DNA of 64,000 bases from the NCBI GenBank assembly GCA_963693365.1, contig CAVNZM010000002.1, positions 6,089,943 through 6,153,942 of the forward strand, given 5' to 3'. This document shows, piece after piece, positions 46,271 to 59,390 of the stretch (position 1 is its first letter; every line of letters starts with the position of its first letter). The notes below the pieces were generated by a model, which saw nothing but the letters and a program-made list of their open reading frames with translations, did no database searches and had not been told where the DNA came from. A program made the position numbers and the translations under genes. Origin of the DNA: Amoebidium appalachense. Its lineage: Eukaryota; Protista; Ichthyosporea.

Positions 46271-46620
46271 GGAGGGGGAGGGATAGGGGCAGGGGGGAGG
46301 AGGGAGGGAGGGAGGGGAGCTTGGTGGGGTGTCGGGTTTCGGTATTTTGTGTGGTGTAATGGGAAAAGGGATTGGAGGGGTGTTTGAGGGGTGAGGGGGG
46401 GAGGTGGGGGGAGGTTGGAAGTTGGGATGTGGTGCGAGTGGCTTGGATGGCTTGACAATGTGTTGTTTGGGTGTGAGTGGGGTTGGTTAGGCGTGTATGT
46501 GTTTTGCATGAGAAGGGGAAGTGTGTTTGTGTATGGGGAAGGGCCGGGGGGGGGGGGGGGGGGGGGGTTTGTCGGAGCAGACTGTGTGCAGGGGGTGGCG
46601 TGAGACGAATTTTTTGGGTG

Positions 46621-46685
<65 letters not shown>

Positions 46686-46907
46686 ATCTCAGGAAGGACA
46701 AATGTCAGGTGGATTGATAAGGACAAGGAGGATGGAGGGTTGTGTTGGATTCTTGTATGTGTGTGGGTGGTGGTCTGCGATGTGCGGTTTTTTTTTTTGT
46801 TTTTTTTTAGGGGAGGGGGGGGGGGGGGGGGAGGGGGGGGGGGGGGGTGCTGGGACGGGAAGAGGTGTGAGAGTTGGGTCGTGGTGGTGGTGGTGTTGAA
46901 GGGGGAA

Positions 46908-46938
<31 letters not shown>

Positions 46939-47022
46939 TGTTGTTGGACATATTGACAAGAGAAGTACTCATGGGTGCCCGGGTATTTGTCTTTTTGGGG
47001 CTTTGATGGTGGTGGTGGTGGT

Positions 47023-47110
<88 letters not shown>

Positions 47111-50100
47111 GGCACAAGACATAAACGTGCAGGCAGTATGGTGTGGGGTGTGCTGACGTGGGGGTGTACGATCAGGTGGGGCTGTACGGGGAGGAGGGCA
47201 GCCGCCTGCCCCACTATGGCCTCCTCACCACTGCCCCTGTGCAGGCAAACACAGAGCTCACCCTCGGTACGAACAACCCCTTTCCCTTTCTTTTTTTGGT
47301 TAAGTGATTGAGTTGTTGGAGAAGTGAAGAGTGGGCCCAAGAGGGGGGGGGGGGGGGGGGGGGGGGGGGGTAAACAGGAGAAAATGCAGAAGGGGGGTGA
47401 CCTGCGCATGCACCGACACTCCTGTGGCATCTCAGAGTACATCAGCCCGTTGCTATGTGCACATCCTCCCCCCCCCCTCCCCCCCCTTCTTTTCCCTGCC
47501 CAAAGAAATCATTTTGCGACGGTGGAGACTGGTGCTGACACCCTGTGCAGAGTTTGACACGGACTACACGGACGAGAAGTATCTGCCGGACTGTGCATGC
47601 GGCAGGGAGGCATGCCCCGTGATGGAGGCTAACAGGAGAAAGGTATGTGTGTGGGCATGCGGGCGGGCAGACGGGGAGAGGGGGGGGGGAAGGGGGAGGG
47701 GTCGGTGGGTGTGGGTGGGTGGGTGGGTGGGTGGGTGTGTGGGTGGGTATGTGTGTGTGAGTGGGTGGATGGGTGGTTGCGCATGTGGTTGGGTGGTGGT
47801 GATGGTGTGTGTGTGTGTGTGGAAAGGGGGGGGGGGGGGGGGGGGTCTAAGGTTTGAGATAGAGCAGGGAACGGTTGTGTGCAGCAGCTTGACTGGCGCA
47901 CCTCTTGTCGTGGCTCCCACTCCCATACCCACCACAACAATCGTGCTCTGTTCCCCTCTCCCTTTTTCTTTCCACGTCTTTCTGCCTGCTTCCATGTGTG
48001 TGTGTGACTCATCTCACTTCCCCCCAGCGCCTGTACCAGCAGAGAGGTCCAGGGGGAGTGAGGCGTGGGCCTGGCCGGCCGCCACTCGAGGGCAAGAAGA
48101 GGGGCAGGGGCAGGCCCCCACGGTCCCCTGTCTCCACCCCTGGAAACTCCCCTGCAATGCCCAGGTATGTGTTTGCCCCTTTGAACAAACCCCCCCCCCC
48201 CCCCCCCGGGCTCCCCCTCCCTTTTTTCTTTTTTTTGGGCCTCAGGTCACCCTTGTTGTTTGTCTGCCCCACCTGGCGACTAGAGTAGGTTAGTGAGCAA
48301 CATACCGCCTTCTTCCTGGGGACATATGCACACTTGCAGACACCAGGCCACCACTAATTACCACCACTCGGGCCGACGAGGATTTTTCCGGGGGGGGGGG
48401 GGGGGGGGGGGGGGGTCCGTTGCATCGGGGTCACCAATACAGTGAAGAAAATAAATCCCAATCTGCATGGCTTCAGCAACATTGTGGCACACACATACAC
48501 ACACACCCTTAAACCCCCCCCCCCCCCCCCTCCCGCAGTGTGCACAGCGACAGCAGCAGGGGCAGCAGCAGCTCAAGTGATGAGTGGGACATGAGTGAGG
48601 GGGAGCTGAGGCTGAGCAGGGAGGAGAAGAAACTGGCCCTGATCACAATGGCCATACAGCGCATGGAGAAGAACGAGAATAGGAAGAGGCTGCAGAGGGA
48701 GAAGAAGGTGTGTTGTGTGTTTGGTTGCTTTCTCTCTATCTCTCGCTCTCTCGCTCTTTTTTTGGGGGGGGGGGGGGGAGAGGGGGGTTGGTTGGTTGAA
48801 AGAGTGGGAGAGGGAGAGGGGGGAAGGAGGGGGCAGGGAGGACTATCAAGAGGGGGGGAAAGAGGCAGGGGGGTGGTGGCGGTGGGTGTGTGTGTGTGGG
48901 GAGTGGGGGGGGGGGGGGGGGGGGAGGGGGGGTTTGCAGGCCAGGTAGAGCTCTAGGGGAGGGTGGGTTGGGGAAGAATAAAGTTTTATGGACCGGGCCA
49001 TATGTGAGATTGGCTGGCTAACTGTGTTTTTTTCAACAGCTGCACGATGCAGGGGCAGGGTTGAAGCGACAAAGAAAGTCCAGCCACAGCAACAACAAGA
49101 GCAAAGAGTCGAGCACACCACAACCACCACCACCACCACAACAACAACCGCAACAAACTGTAACACAGACCCCTGCACGCTATGGGAGAAAGGCGTGGTT
49201 GTCGAGGTTTCTGGAGGAGGAGGAAGCAAATAGTAATGCTAAGGAGCAAGGGCAGAACGGAACGGTGCAAAACGGGATGGTGGTGGAAACGAAGAGTGTG
49301 TCTAGTGGGGTGGAAAAGGAGGAGGAAAAGATGAAGAAAGCAGAGGTGGAGGGTGGGAAGGAGGTGGAGAGGGAGAAGGAGGCGGAAAGGAAGGGGGAAA
49401 ATGAAAGGGAAGCAGAGAGAAAACGAGAAATGGAAAAGGAAGCTGAAAGGAAAAGGGAAGCTGAGAGGGAAGCTGAGAGAAAACGAGAGGCAGAGAGAGA
49501 AGCAGAGCGAAACGGGGAGGCAGAAAGAGAAGCAGAGAGAAAGAGGGAGATTGAGAGGGAGGCAGAGAGAAAGAGGGAGGTTGAAAGAGAAGCAGAGAGA
49601 AAGAGGGAGATTGAGAGAGAAGCAGAAAGAAAACGAGAGGCAGAGAAGGAGTTGGAGAGGAAAAGGGAGGCAGAGAGAGAAGCAGAAAGGAAACAACGGG
49701 AACTCGAAAAGGAGGCAGAACGGAAAAGAGAGCTGGAAAGGGAAGCAGAAAGGAAAAGGGAGGCTGAGAGGGAAGCAGAAAGAAAAAGGGAAGCAGAGAG
49801 AGAAGCAGAAAGGAAAAGGGAAGCAGAGAGAGAAGCTGATAGAAAACGAGAGGCGGAAAGGGAGGCGGAAAGAAAACGAGAGGCAGAGAGGGAAGTGGAA
49901 AGGAGAAGAGAAGCTGAAAGGGATGCAGAGAGAAAGAGGGAGCAAGAGAGGGAGGCAGAGAGAAAGAGGGAGCAAGAGAGGGAGGCAGAGAGGAAGAGAG
50001 AGTCAGAGAAGGAAGTAGAAAGAAAGAGAGAGGCAGAGAAGGAGATGGAAAGGAAACGAGAGACAGAAAAAGAAGCAGAGAGGAAGAAAGAGAGAGACAG

Positions 50101-51477
50101 GGAAGGGGAGAAAGAGGCAGAGAGAAAGAGGAAAGAGGCGGAGAGGGCAGAACGAAAGGATGGGGAGAGGAAAAAAGGCACAGACACTGATTTGGAAAGT
50201 AAGAGGGAGGAGAGAAGGAAGGAGGCGAGGAAAGAAGAGGAGGGGGAGCGAAAGCCAAAACGGGAAGGGGAGGGAGACGGTGAGAGAAGGAAAGACAAGG
50301 AAAAACGTAAGGACGGGGAAAGGGAGAAGGACAGAGAGGAAAGGAAGAGGGAAAAAGAGGGCGGGGGCGATGAGTCGAGAAAACGGGCTCATGACGAAGC
50401 ATTTGATAGGAAGAAATCCGGAGATGAGGGGAGGAGGAAAGACGGTGGGGAAGGGGAGGAACCACCAAGGAAAAAGGAAAAGAAACACGATAAGGAGAGG
50501 AAGAAGGAGGAGGGAGACAAAGAGGAACGCAGGAAGGAAAAGGAGAAACACGGGTCCACGGGCAAGAAAATGGACAGGGATAAGATTAGGGAGGGAGGAG
50601 AGGGAGGGGAGAGAAAGAGAGACAGGGAGGGGGAGGAGAAGAAACCCCCCAAGGAGAGGCCGGAGGGTGCAGAGAGGAAGGAGAAGAGTGTCTTGGATCC
50701 CCCACAGCGCCCGGCCCTTCCTTCGGACCCCACAGACTATGCCCCCACACCCACCGACCCACAACGCAACCCAAAAACATCCGAACCTGCCCCCCAGGCA
50801 ACCATAACACAAACAGAGCAGCCTAAAACAACCCCCCCTGCAACTGTAAAACCCCCGCCACCACAACTACAACCACAACAAGCACAGGGGGGAGATGCGG
50901 ACGGGGGTGCTGGTGAACCGAAGAAAAAGGTGGTGTCTCTGTCTGCGTACAGAAAACGTATCGAAGTGCCCAGCACAGACCCCAGGCCATCGACCCCCCC
51001 ACCGGCCACTGTGGCATTGGTCAGTGCACCGGTGAAAGAGGAGGAGGAGGAGGAGGAGATGGGTGACATAAATTTCAGGTATTAGATCCCCCCCCCCCCC
51101 CCCCCCCCCCCCACCCTCCTCCCAAAAAAAAAAAAAAGAAGAAGAGGAGGAGGAGAAGAAACACGGGGGCATGCACATATGCGAACATACATGGGGTAGG
51201 CTTGTGCATATGTGTTTGCTGTGTCACGCCGTTCTTTGCCAAGGCTGTGTGTCAGCGCATGTTGGTGTTGGTTTGTGTTGCCGTGCCTCTGCTCTGTAGA
51301 TACGATTCAGGGCTGCCAGCATTGCCAGTGCCTTTTATGTCCTTATGGGAGTGTTGACTTGCAAGCACCCGGGGGACGGGGAGGGGGGGGGTCACGAAGC
51401 GTGTGTGAAAGGCGAGTGTGTGTGCACGTGTAAGCCCAGTGGCCACAGTCCACTGCAGGGTCACCTTTTTAGGCTCC

Positions 51478-51510
<33 letters not shown>

Positions 51511-51585
51511 ACCACCACCACCAAAACACACACACACACGGCACCCACTCACCATTTTTCCACCCCTCCACCCTCCCAACTGCCT

Positions 51586-51652
<67 letters not shown>

Positions 51653-51800
51653 CTTGCTGCGCAACATTATGGAGGGTCAGGCACATCTTCACCGCAGTCC
51701 CCCACCATCCACACACAGTGGGGGGGAGGGGGATTCCAAGAGGCGAGACAAGAGGTCACGGTGGGGGCCTGCAGACGGGCCGGATGCCCCCCCGTTGTGA
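42667..51800 (+). CDS. PHD finger + SET domain protein of the MLL5/SETD5/Set3/UpSET family, multi-exon
   Basis: Exons 42667-42732, 43472-43561 (TRCLCGFEHDD), 44024-44212 (ICCDKCNMWQH...CEPR); SET ~45940-46217 (ARYVRRSCVPN); post-SET CACG ~47551-47642; LSREEKK motif ~48610; large E/R/K-repeat exon ~49040-51078; last exon ~51653-51800 (KRSRWG). Some internal exon limits are approximate. Confidence 0.88.
43217..43316 (-). repeat. 5'-truncated copy of the dispersed structured-RNA family
   Basis: Reverse strand GAGGATGAACTCTGC...GTACTTCGTACTGT...ATTC matches the 3' half of 54844-55081. Confidence 0.65.
44215..44560. repeat. Intronic ~33-bp minisatellite (about 10 copies)
   Basis: AGATGGGGGCAGATGTCTGCTAAGATGGGTTAG variants. 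Confidence 0.9.
45135..45463 (+). repeat. Two degenerate copies of the dispersed structured-RNA family
   Basis: ~45135-45321 (CTCGTCTG-TGGCCA..., GTGAGCCC...TGGGCTCT) and 45369-45463 (ATGGGCTCTG...GTACTTTGTACT...CATTC). Confidence 0.55.
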
Positions 51801-52044
51801 TACTGCACGTGCAGACACACGCTGTACGTGCATGCGCCCCCTCACACGTACAGACATGTGGTGTCGTGAATTTGTATTGTACATTTGTTCACCCCCCCCC
51901 CCCCCCCCCCCTCCCCCCCCCCCCCCCCCCCCCCGGCCTAAAAAAGACAATAACAAAAAAAAAAAAAAAAAAAAAAAAGGACCCACACACACACACACGC
52001 GTGCGCATGCTCCGAAGAATCGGCCCACTGCTGTGAAGTGTTTT

Positions 52045-52088
<44 letters not shown>

Positions 52089-52899
52089 AAAAAAATTAAA
52101 TAAATAATAATAACAATAATAAATAATAAAAAAAACACCCACCCAACCGTCAACGTACATCAAGCATGCTGGTGGTGGTGTGGGCAGTGGGGGCTTGTGG
52201 TTGCCTTATGGGCCCAGTGGGTGCCATGGGGCAGTGGGAGTGGCTTTGATTCACGGGACGAATGTTTTGTCTTGGTGTGTGCCTGTGTATCGCGCTATGG
52301 AAGGTGGTCGTTCACGTGCTTACCATAAAAATTGAGAGCGGTTTTTACTGAGTACAGAGGCAGGAGGGAGGGAAGGGAATTGGGCCTCTTCTGTCACGTG
52401 AACATTGTCCTTTTGGCAGACAGCATGTTTGATTCTTCGTTTTTGTTTTTGTTTTAGTTTGTTTATTTTTATTCTATTCTATTTTATTGAATATTATTTT
52501 TTGGGGGTGAGGAGGGTTGCTAACTGACGCTCTTGGCTTGCAGGATTTATATATATATATGCACGAATGTGATTGGATGCAGGTCAGGCGACACCTGTGG
52601 CACTACACCATTACAGCGCTGCAGATGACATATGAGAAATAGGTTGGGAATGAAAGTATGTTTGGAGAATGCATGCACACCCCACTGATCTTTTTTGGCC
52701 GCAGGGGCATTATATTAGGTTTATTAACGCGACTGTGTGGCAATCCAGTGGTTTTTCACAGTTGTCTTATATTACAATTCGTGCCAAATTGTCCTGAGAT
52801 GTGTAGAGGTTATGTTAGGTTACGTGGATTTATTTTGTTTTGTTGCTGTTTCGAAAATGCTGTTTCACCAGGCACCACCAACCATTGGCTCGTGGTCCA

Positions 52900-53020
52900 T
52901 TCAATGATGGTATGACTGTTGCATGTATGATTGGATACGACCATTTATGGTGTGAATGGGACATGTATGATTGGATACACCCATATATGGCATGAATGGG
53001 GCATGTATGATTGACTACAC
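52900..53020. repeat. Degenerate ~40-bp triplicate repeat
   Basis: CATGTATGATTG occurs three times, with similar spacers containing GAATGGG. Confidence 0.7.
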
Positions 53021-53730
53021 ACACATATGGTGTGCAGACAGATGGGCTGTGTTAGGTGAAAAGTTGGCGGTGATATGAGCGATCAGTAAAGCGTAAATCG
53101 AACTGCCAACACTTGTCTGCGTGATTTTTCCATTCCTTCCCTCCCCCCCCCCCCCCCCCCCCCCCCCCCCGCCCGTCCCCCTCCCCCCCTGGAAAAAAAA
53201 AAAAAAGAAAAGAAAAATGCGTACACATTGTAGCATATGTACACACACACACACAAAAAGAATGGGTAAAAAAAAAAAAGCACGAATTGAGGAGGACACA
53301 AAAGGCGCACATTATTAGCTATAGAGCGCACACACTCGCACATATGTACACACATCTATGAAATTGCATGCATGTATGCATGTACATGTCACTAATATTT
53401 GAGATGAACTTGTATTGTAAGGCCATCATGCACTTTGTTTCACAATTCTTCGTACCGAGGAGCCGCGGCCCAAAGACAAAAAGGAAAAAAACTGTCTGAA
53501 GGGAAAGTAAGGCTCACGTCCATCTGACCTGATCTAGCGGGACGATTGCGCAAACAATATCCCTATACCAACTTTGCTCCGCCGGAGTCGCACGTGGACA
53601 TGTGCACAATTGCAACACGACCAAGTCACTGACAGACTGAAGTTCTCGCTTGCGCAGGTCATGAGCTAACTTGTTGTTGCGATTACTTTTTTCAACCCAT
53701 CCCACGTGTTAGTTTCAGCACCACTTAGAC

Positions 53731-53907
53731 ATGGGCAAGCCCACGGTGGCGGCCAAGGCCGCGTCTGTGCCGCCAAAGGTGAAGGGGCGGCCCAAGAGTG
53801 GAAAGGTCTGGAAGGAGGAGAAGCAGAGGTGCGTGAGGGCTGGGCTGGCAAACTCGCAGTGCACGCGGGAGGGAGGTGGGGAAGGGCGGTGGGGTGGGTG
53901 GGTGGGT

Positions 53908-53945
<38 letters not shown>

Positions 53946-54240
53946 AGCACATGGGCGTTTTGGTCCATCAGTGTAGGCACTGCGCATGTGCAACCATCCA
54001 CACTCAAGGACCTACACACGAACACAGATACAGACTCGCAGCCGTGTGTCTCTCAACTCAACGAGACACACGCACACAGCCACATGAAGAAGCACGACGA
54101 AAGCACGCTATGGAAAGAATTGCGCTGGCAGCTACGCACGCAAACACGCCTTTCCTGATACGCAAACGTTGTAGGGCGGACACAGACCAGAACGCACGTC
54201 CGCACATACCACGCACACACACAGAAACGCAAACACACAC

Positions 54241-54271
<31 letters not shown>

Positions 54272-54286
54272 AACACACACACACGT

Positions 54287-54335
<49 letters not shown>

Positions 54336-55372
54336 GCCTTGGTTCGATGCTCAATAAGCAAGCTAAGCCCTGACATATTTGAGCACTAGAGATGAGACAA
54401 GTCAACAAAATGTCAGGTGCATGATGGGCTCTTGAGTCGCTTTCACTTCTCCCGGGCACACACACGCACACGGCACACAGACGCATAGGCAAGATGCGTA
54501 GCGAGCTGGGCAGTGCTGGATAGCACGCACGTGGAACTTGTGAATATTCTCTGTGCCACTTGTTGTTCTTTTAAGGGTGGTCATTACGAACCTGCCTGTT
54601 ATCAACTTACCTGGTGCCTCCGCTTTGGACCAAACCACACCTATACACATACCACACAGTGCTTCCCCCCCTTCCCCCCCACCCCGCTCCCCTTCCTCTA
54701 AGCCCCCCCCCTTTCAAAAAGCAATATGGCAAGGGAAGGGGAAAACACAGACGTACACAAACACTTCTACATGCGCGCACAGACACACACAGAGTTACAC
54801 AGTCGCGTTCAACTCACCCCCCCTCCCACACAGCCCCCCCCCTGCATAAGCAACCCTGCTCGTCTCTGATCAAGACGGGTGACCTACTCATGTTCAAGTG
54901 AAACAGTATCTGAGTTGGGTTTCGTTAACGAGGGGAATAGGTCGAAACTCGGGTACTGTGGATGACGTGGGCCCCCCCTGAGGATGGGCTCTGCTTATTA
55001 TGCATACTCTTTATGTATGGCTTGCATTCTGCATCGTGTTATCCGTTTGTTCTTGTGTACTTCGTACTTTTTGACGCATTCAAACCCCCCCCCCCCCCCA
55101 CACACACACACACACACACACACGCACGCACACAAGCGTTCACCAGGGCACATACATCTCACATGCACTTAAAACGCACGGCACACACACACAAAAAAAA
55201 TGCACACACACACACACACACTAACACTACCTTGCAGGTTCTCTTCTCTGGTTGGGGTTAAGGCCCTGAGGAAGAGTTTTGCGGTGAAGCAAAAGGAGAG
55301 GGAGGAGAAGGCGAGACTGAAGGCAATTGCTAAAGAGCTGCTGGAGGCACAGAAGAAAGAGAAGGAGGTGTG

Positions 55373-55403
<31 letters not shown>

Positions 55404-55758
55404 GAAGTTGTGGAAGGAGGGGGGTACGGGTGGGCAGTGGGGGGGGGGGGGGGGAGGGGGAAGAAGGGAGGGATTATATGTGGATGAGTGGTATGAGTCG
55501 GGGTTTGGGTTACTTTTTGGGTTACTTGACGGGGTTCTGAGATGCAAAGCCGTGAGTGGGTGGTGGGGTGGGGTGGGGAAGGGGGGTGGGGGGGGGGGGG
55601 GGGGGGGTCGGTGCACATGTTTAAAGTGTGTGGATAGGTGAAACGCACGTACGCGTGTGTAGTGGTGATGGGGTATTAAGGTGTAGGTCGGATGAGGGCG
55701 TGGTGAGGGTGGGCGAGTTGTAGGTGCACATCATATCGGTGTGTCGACGGGTGGGCTG

Positions 55759-55792
<34 letters not shown>

Positions 55793-56563
55793 CGGTTTGT
55801 GACATGAAAAAATGTCAGTGTGTGTGTGTGTGTGTGTGTAAGAGCCCGCGGGGGGGGGGGGGGGGGGGGGGGGATAAAAATGGGCATTAGTAACATGGGC
55901 ATACCAGAGCATGTGGCTGAGACGATGTGGGGGCCAAGGTGTTGGCCCACTGGTTGAGTGTGTTTGCTTGCAGTGGGGTTGGTGGTGATATGATGTGGTG
56001 GTGGATTGGTGGAGAAGGGGGAGGGGGGAGGGGGGGGGGGGGAAGGGGGATGTTGAGGTAAGTGTGCAAATGGTTTGCTGACTGGTGTTGGTAACATGGA
56101 CAGGACAAGAGACTGCGGAGGGAGGAGCAGGAGAAGAGGCGGCTGGAGAATGAAAAGAAGAACGAGATAGTGCAGAAGGTAGGGGGTGTGATGGCTTAAG
56201 GGGGGACATGAGAATTATTGGGGCACTATGGTACGCAGTCACGTGGGTTGGTGGGCATGGCACTGGGACACGTGTTTGGCTAAGACCACGCATGCACTTA
56301 GAGAGTGGATATGAAGAGGGGTGTTGCTACGCAGGCAGAGACTTATTCATTTTTTCACGTACACATGCACCCACCCACCCACACATACACACACACACAC
56401 TTGGACACGTGGACACATGGACAATCCCTTCACGGGCACACGCGTCTGCCCGCATATCTGTCCCGGGATACTAAAAGATAGATTGGCAGTTTAAAAACGA
56501 TAATCATCAGTATCAACCTCTATTATCAAAAATCTAAACTCATGAGTATCAAAATCTTCATAC

Positions 56564-56597
<34 letters not shown>

Positions 56598-57303
56598 TCT
56601 CTCTCTCCAAAACAAAAGGGGGGAGGGGAGGGGGGGCAGCTGAAAAGGGGGGTAAAAAGGCAGCTGGAAGGGATTTCTTTTTTTATTTTATTGTTTTCTT
56701 TCCTTTTCCTCGACCCCCTTTTCCCCTCAGACATCTTTACTTCCATGTGACCGGGCATGGTTGCTCTGTGTCGTGCATCTGTAAGCACATACGCATTTTT
56801 ACAGATACGCATTTTTCGCCGCACTGCATTAGTTTGCACACACATCTTCGTCGTTCTGCTCACCTTGCTTGCATAAGCAACCCTGCTCGTCTTTGATCAA
56901 GACGGGTTGACCCACCCAAGTTCAGTTGATGCTGCTGTCTGAGTTGGAGCGTCGTATATACGCGGGCTAAGGGGTCGAAACTCAGACGCAATTGATGACT
57001 TGGGCCCTCCCTGAGGATGGGCTCTGCTTATGACGCATACTGTGCGCATGGCTGATGCTGCATACTTGAATGTTTGCCTTTGCATGTGTCCTGCACCATG
57101 CTTCTCATCGTGTATGCGTACTTCGTACTGTGTTCCGCATTCAAAACCCCCCTACACACACACACACACGTGTTCTATCGTGTTGTGTTCTTGTACTCGA
57201 GTAGTGTTTGTGTAACAACGAACTGACTGGGGCTGTGCAGATCTCGACCAGCAAGGTGAAGAAGATGAGCCGCAAGCAGCTGCGCACTATCAAGAAGGCC
57301 TGA
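53731..57303 (+). CDS. CCDC86: Coiled-coil rRNA-processing protein CCDC86/CGR1, 4 exons
   Basis: Exons 53731-53828 ([10 protein letters not shown]), 55238-55367, 56104-56178 ([13 protein letters not shown]), 57241-57303 ([14 protein letters not shown]). Confidence 0.88.
54844..55081 (+). ncRNA. Structured RNA / short mobile element, full copy 1
   Basis: Multi-stem fold with covariation against the copy at 56871; G-U pairs favour the + strand. Confidence 0.6.
56871..57142 (+). ncRNA. Structured RNA / short mobile element, full copy 2
   Basis: Same 5' start (GCATAAGCAACCCTGCTCGTCT) and 3' end (GCATTC) as copy 1, with compensatory stem changes. Confidence 0.6.
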
Positions 57304-57655
57304 GCTTAATGCACTATTATCTTTTTGTCTATTAGTAGACTAACTAACGTGCACACACGAAACATGCGAGATGGAAGTGGATGGAAGAAGTACACACGTG
57401 CACGCAAAGAGGCTTCATGTTGGATCATACACGGAGTTACAGAGCAAGACAGTAATCACCTGGACCAGAGCAAGAGCTAGAGAGAAAAGAAAGGCCTAGA
57501 AGCTTCAACACGCGCACAAATAAGCATCGGTATGAATGTCGGGAGTGGTCGGGTGCCCGTTTGTCTGCACAGGCCGCAGAAACTGCAATTTCCGTAAAAG
57601 GTTAACAATAAAAAAAACTACACAACTTCTGTACCATATGCACTGAGCCGCCCCG

Positions 57656-57688
<33 letters not shown>

Positions 57689-58102
57689 ACCTTTACCCGT
57701 GACCCACCCACCCCATCCTCCGATTCAGAACACAAATGCACACACAACTTTGCCCTTCCCTTCATTTCCGATGGCATCTCCCCTACCTAGACCTCTGTCC
57801 CCCCTCCTCCCCCCCCCTTGATTTAAGCAATTCCCATCAGATTCTGTATGTCGCAAAGCGTCTACCCAGCCGTGCCGTTGAGAACTAGGATCAGAAAAAC
57901 ACGGGGGGTATGACCTCCACCCCTCCAAACAAGCCTATTGACATTGACGAGCCATTGCGAATTAAGCCAAGTGACACCTAGTCGCCCGCTGATGTTTTAG
58001 AGTATTCTTGCATCCACTACGGTAGCCAGGCATGCATGCGCACCGACGTGTAAAAATATAATGTCAAAACCCAACAAGAAAAGAAGCCGCTACTGCCCTC
58101 CA

Positions 58103-58197
58103 CCACTGCGGCCCCCGTGTGCTCCACAGCACGCCGTGGCCGCAGTGGAGCACACGGGGGCCGCAGTGGCCGCTGTGGAGCACACGGGGGCCGCAGT
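58103..58197. repeat. Inverted repeat with a duplicated right arm
   Basis: CCACTGCGGCCCCCGTGTGCTCCAC (58103-58127) pairs with 58145-58169, and alternatively with 58172-58197. Confidence 0.88.
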
Positions 58198-59158
58198 AGT
58201 GTACACTTGGAGATGAGGGGGCCAGTCTTGAAGCCAGCAGGCCATAGGGTACATGGGCCGTGTATGTGACGAGACCGATACCCAGTCCGCCGCCACCGAA
58301 GTGTTCTGAGCCCCCTCTCCCACGTCCGAGTCCTGTCTTGACGCCGGCAATTTTATGAAAAACTGATTCCTTTATATACCCCCGATTTTCCAAGTAACGA
58401 TTTGATTGTGGGACAAAATCGACTTTCTAGGGCGTTTTTGATTGGTGGTGCATCTCCAAAGATCCTGCCGGCGATCGATGATCTCCCTTCTCTCGTGGTT
58501 TTCACTGGCTTTGACTGCACTAACATTCACACTAAGCTTATGTACAAGAAAAGGCCTGTTGTTTCTACGTTTCCTTAATCGATCTAGTAATACCTCTTTT
58601 ACAGCTGTCTAGAATAATAGCAAGAATAACCAGTAATATAAGCTGCAAAGTACTGAAGTAGGCGTTTTCTTTAACACGTATACTTTCACAGTGCACGTGT
58701 GCCATGATCCGATGTTGAAGTGCACATCTACAGTTTCGAAATCCAAGTGCAATTGGCAACTTTTGCTTGACCACAATGGCACAACAGCACAACACGGATC
58801 ATGCTGCTTTTGGTTTCACCCCTAGTGTGTAACTGTCCTCTATGTCCCCACACCCTGTTCCCTGCTGCCGATTGCACCTGTTTAACGTTGTATACTGTAG
58901 CCTTTTATTACCATTGATACGAACTAGCTACTCAGTCTGTACATGTGTACACACACCGGACACACGGAACATGTTTCATGGACGGGGATACTATATCAAG
59001 GTGCTTGCCAAGCTTTGCAGGCCTTTAACATTCAAAACGCCGCATTTTGATGGCAGAGTTGGCCTCGGCTAATGTCACTGAGGTCTTGATTCCCTTCCTC
59101 CCGGGCCCCCTCTCCCCTCTCCCCCCTCCCCCTCCTCCCCCTCCTCCCCCTCCCTCCC

Positions 59159-59189
<31 letters not shown>

Positions 59190-59336
59190 AAAATAAATAA
59201 AAAAAATACACAAAGGTAAAACAAAACAAAGAATTTCAAGTTGTACACAGTGTACTAGTACACACGGTGCACCTGCTAATAACTATCGTGCCATTGTCTT
59301 GACATATCCATCACCCCCCCCCCCCCCCCCTCCCCT

Positions 59337-59390
<54 letters not shown>

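Noticed and set aside
48986-50866. Long antisense ORFs over the ER/K exon
   Set aside because: Shadow frames of a purine-rich repetitive coding strand.
54844-57142. Ordinary intronic snoRNA or HDV-like ribozyme
   Set aside because: No terminal C/D or H/ACA arrangement, an antisense truncated copy exists in another gene, and the HDV P3/L3 geometry and catalytic C are not conserved; an Rfam search is still needed.
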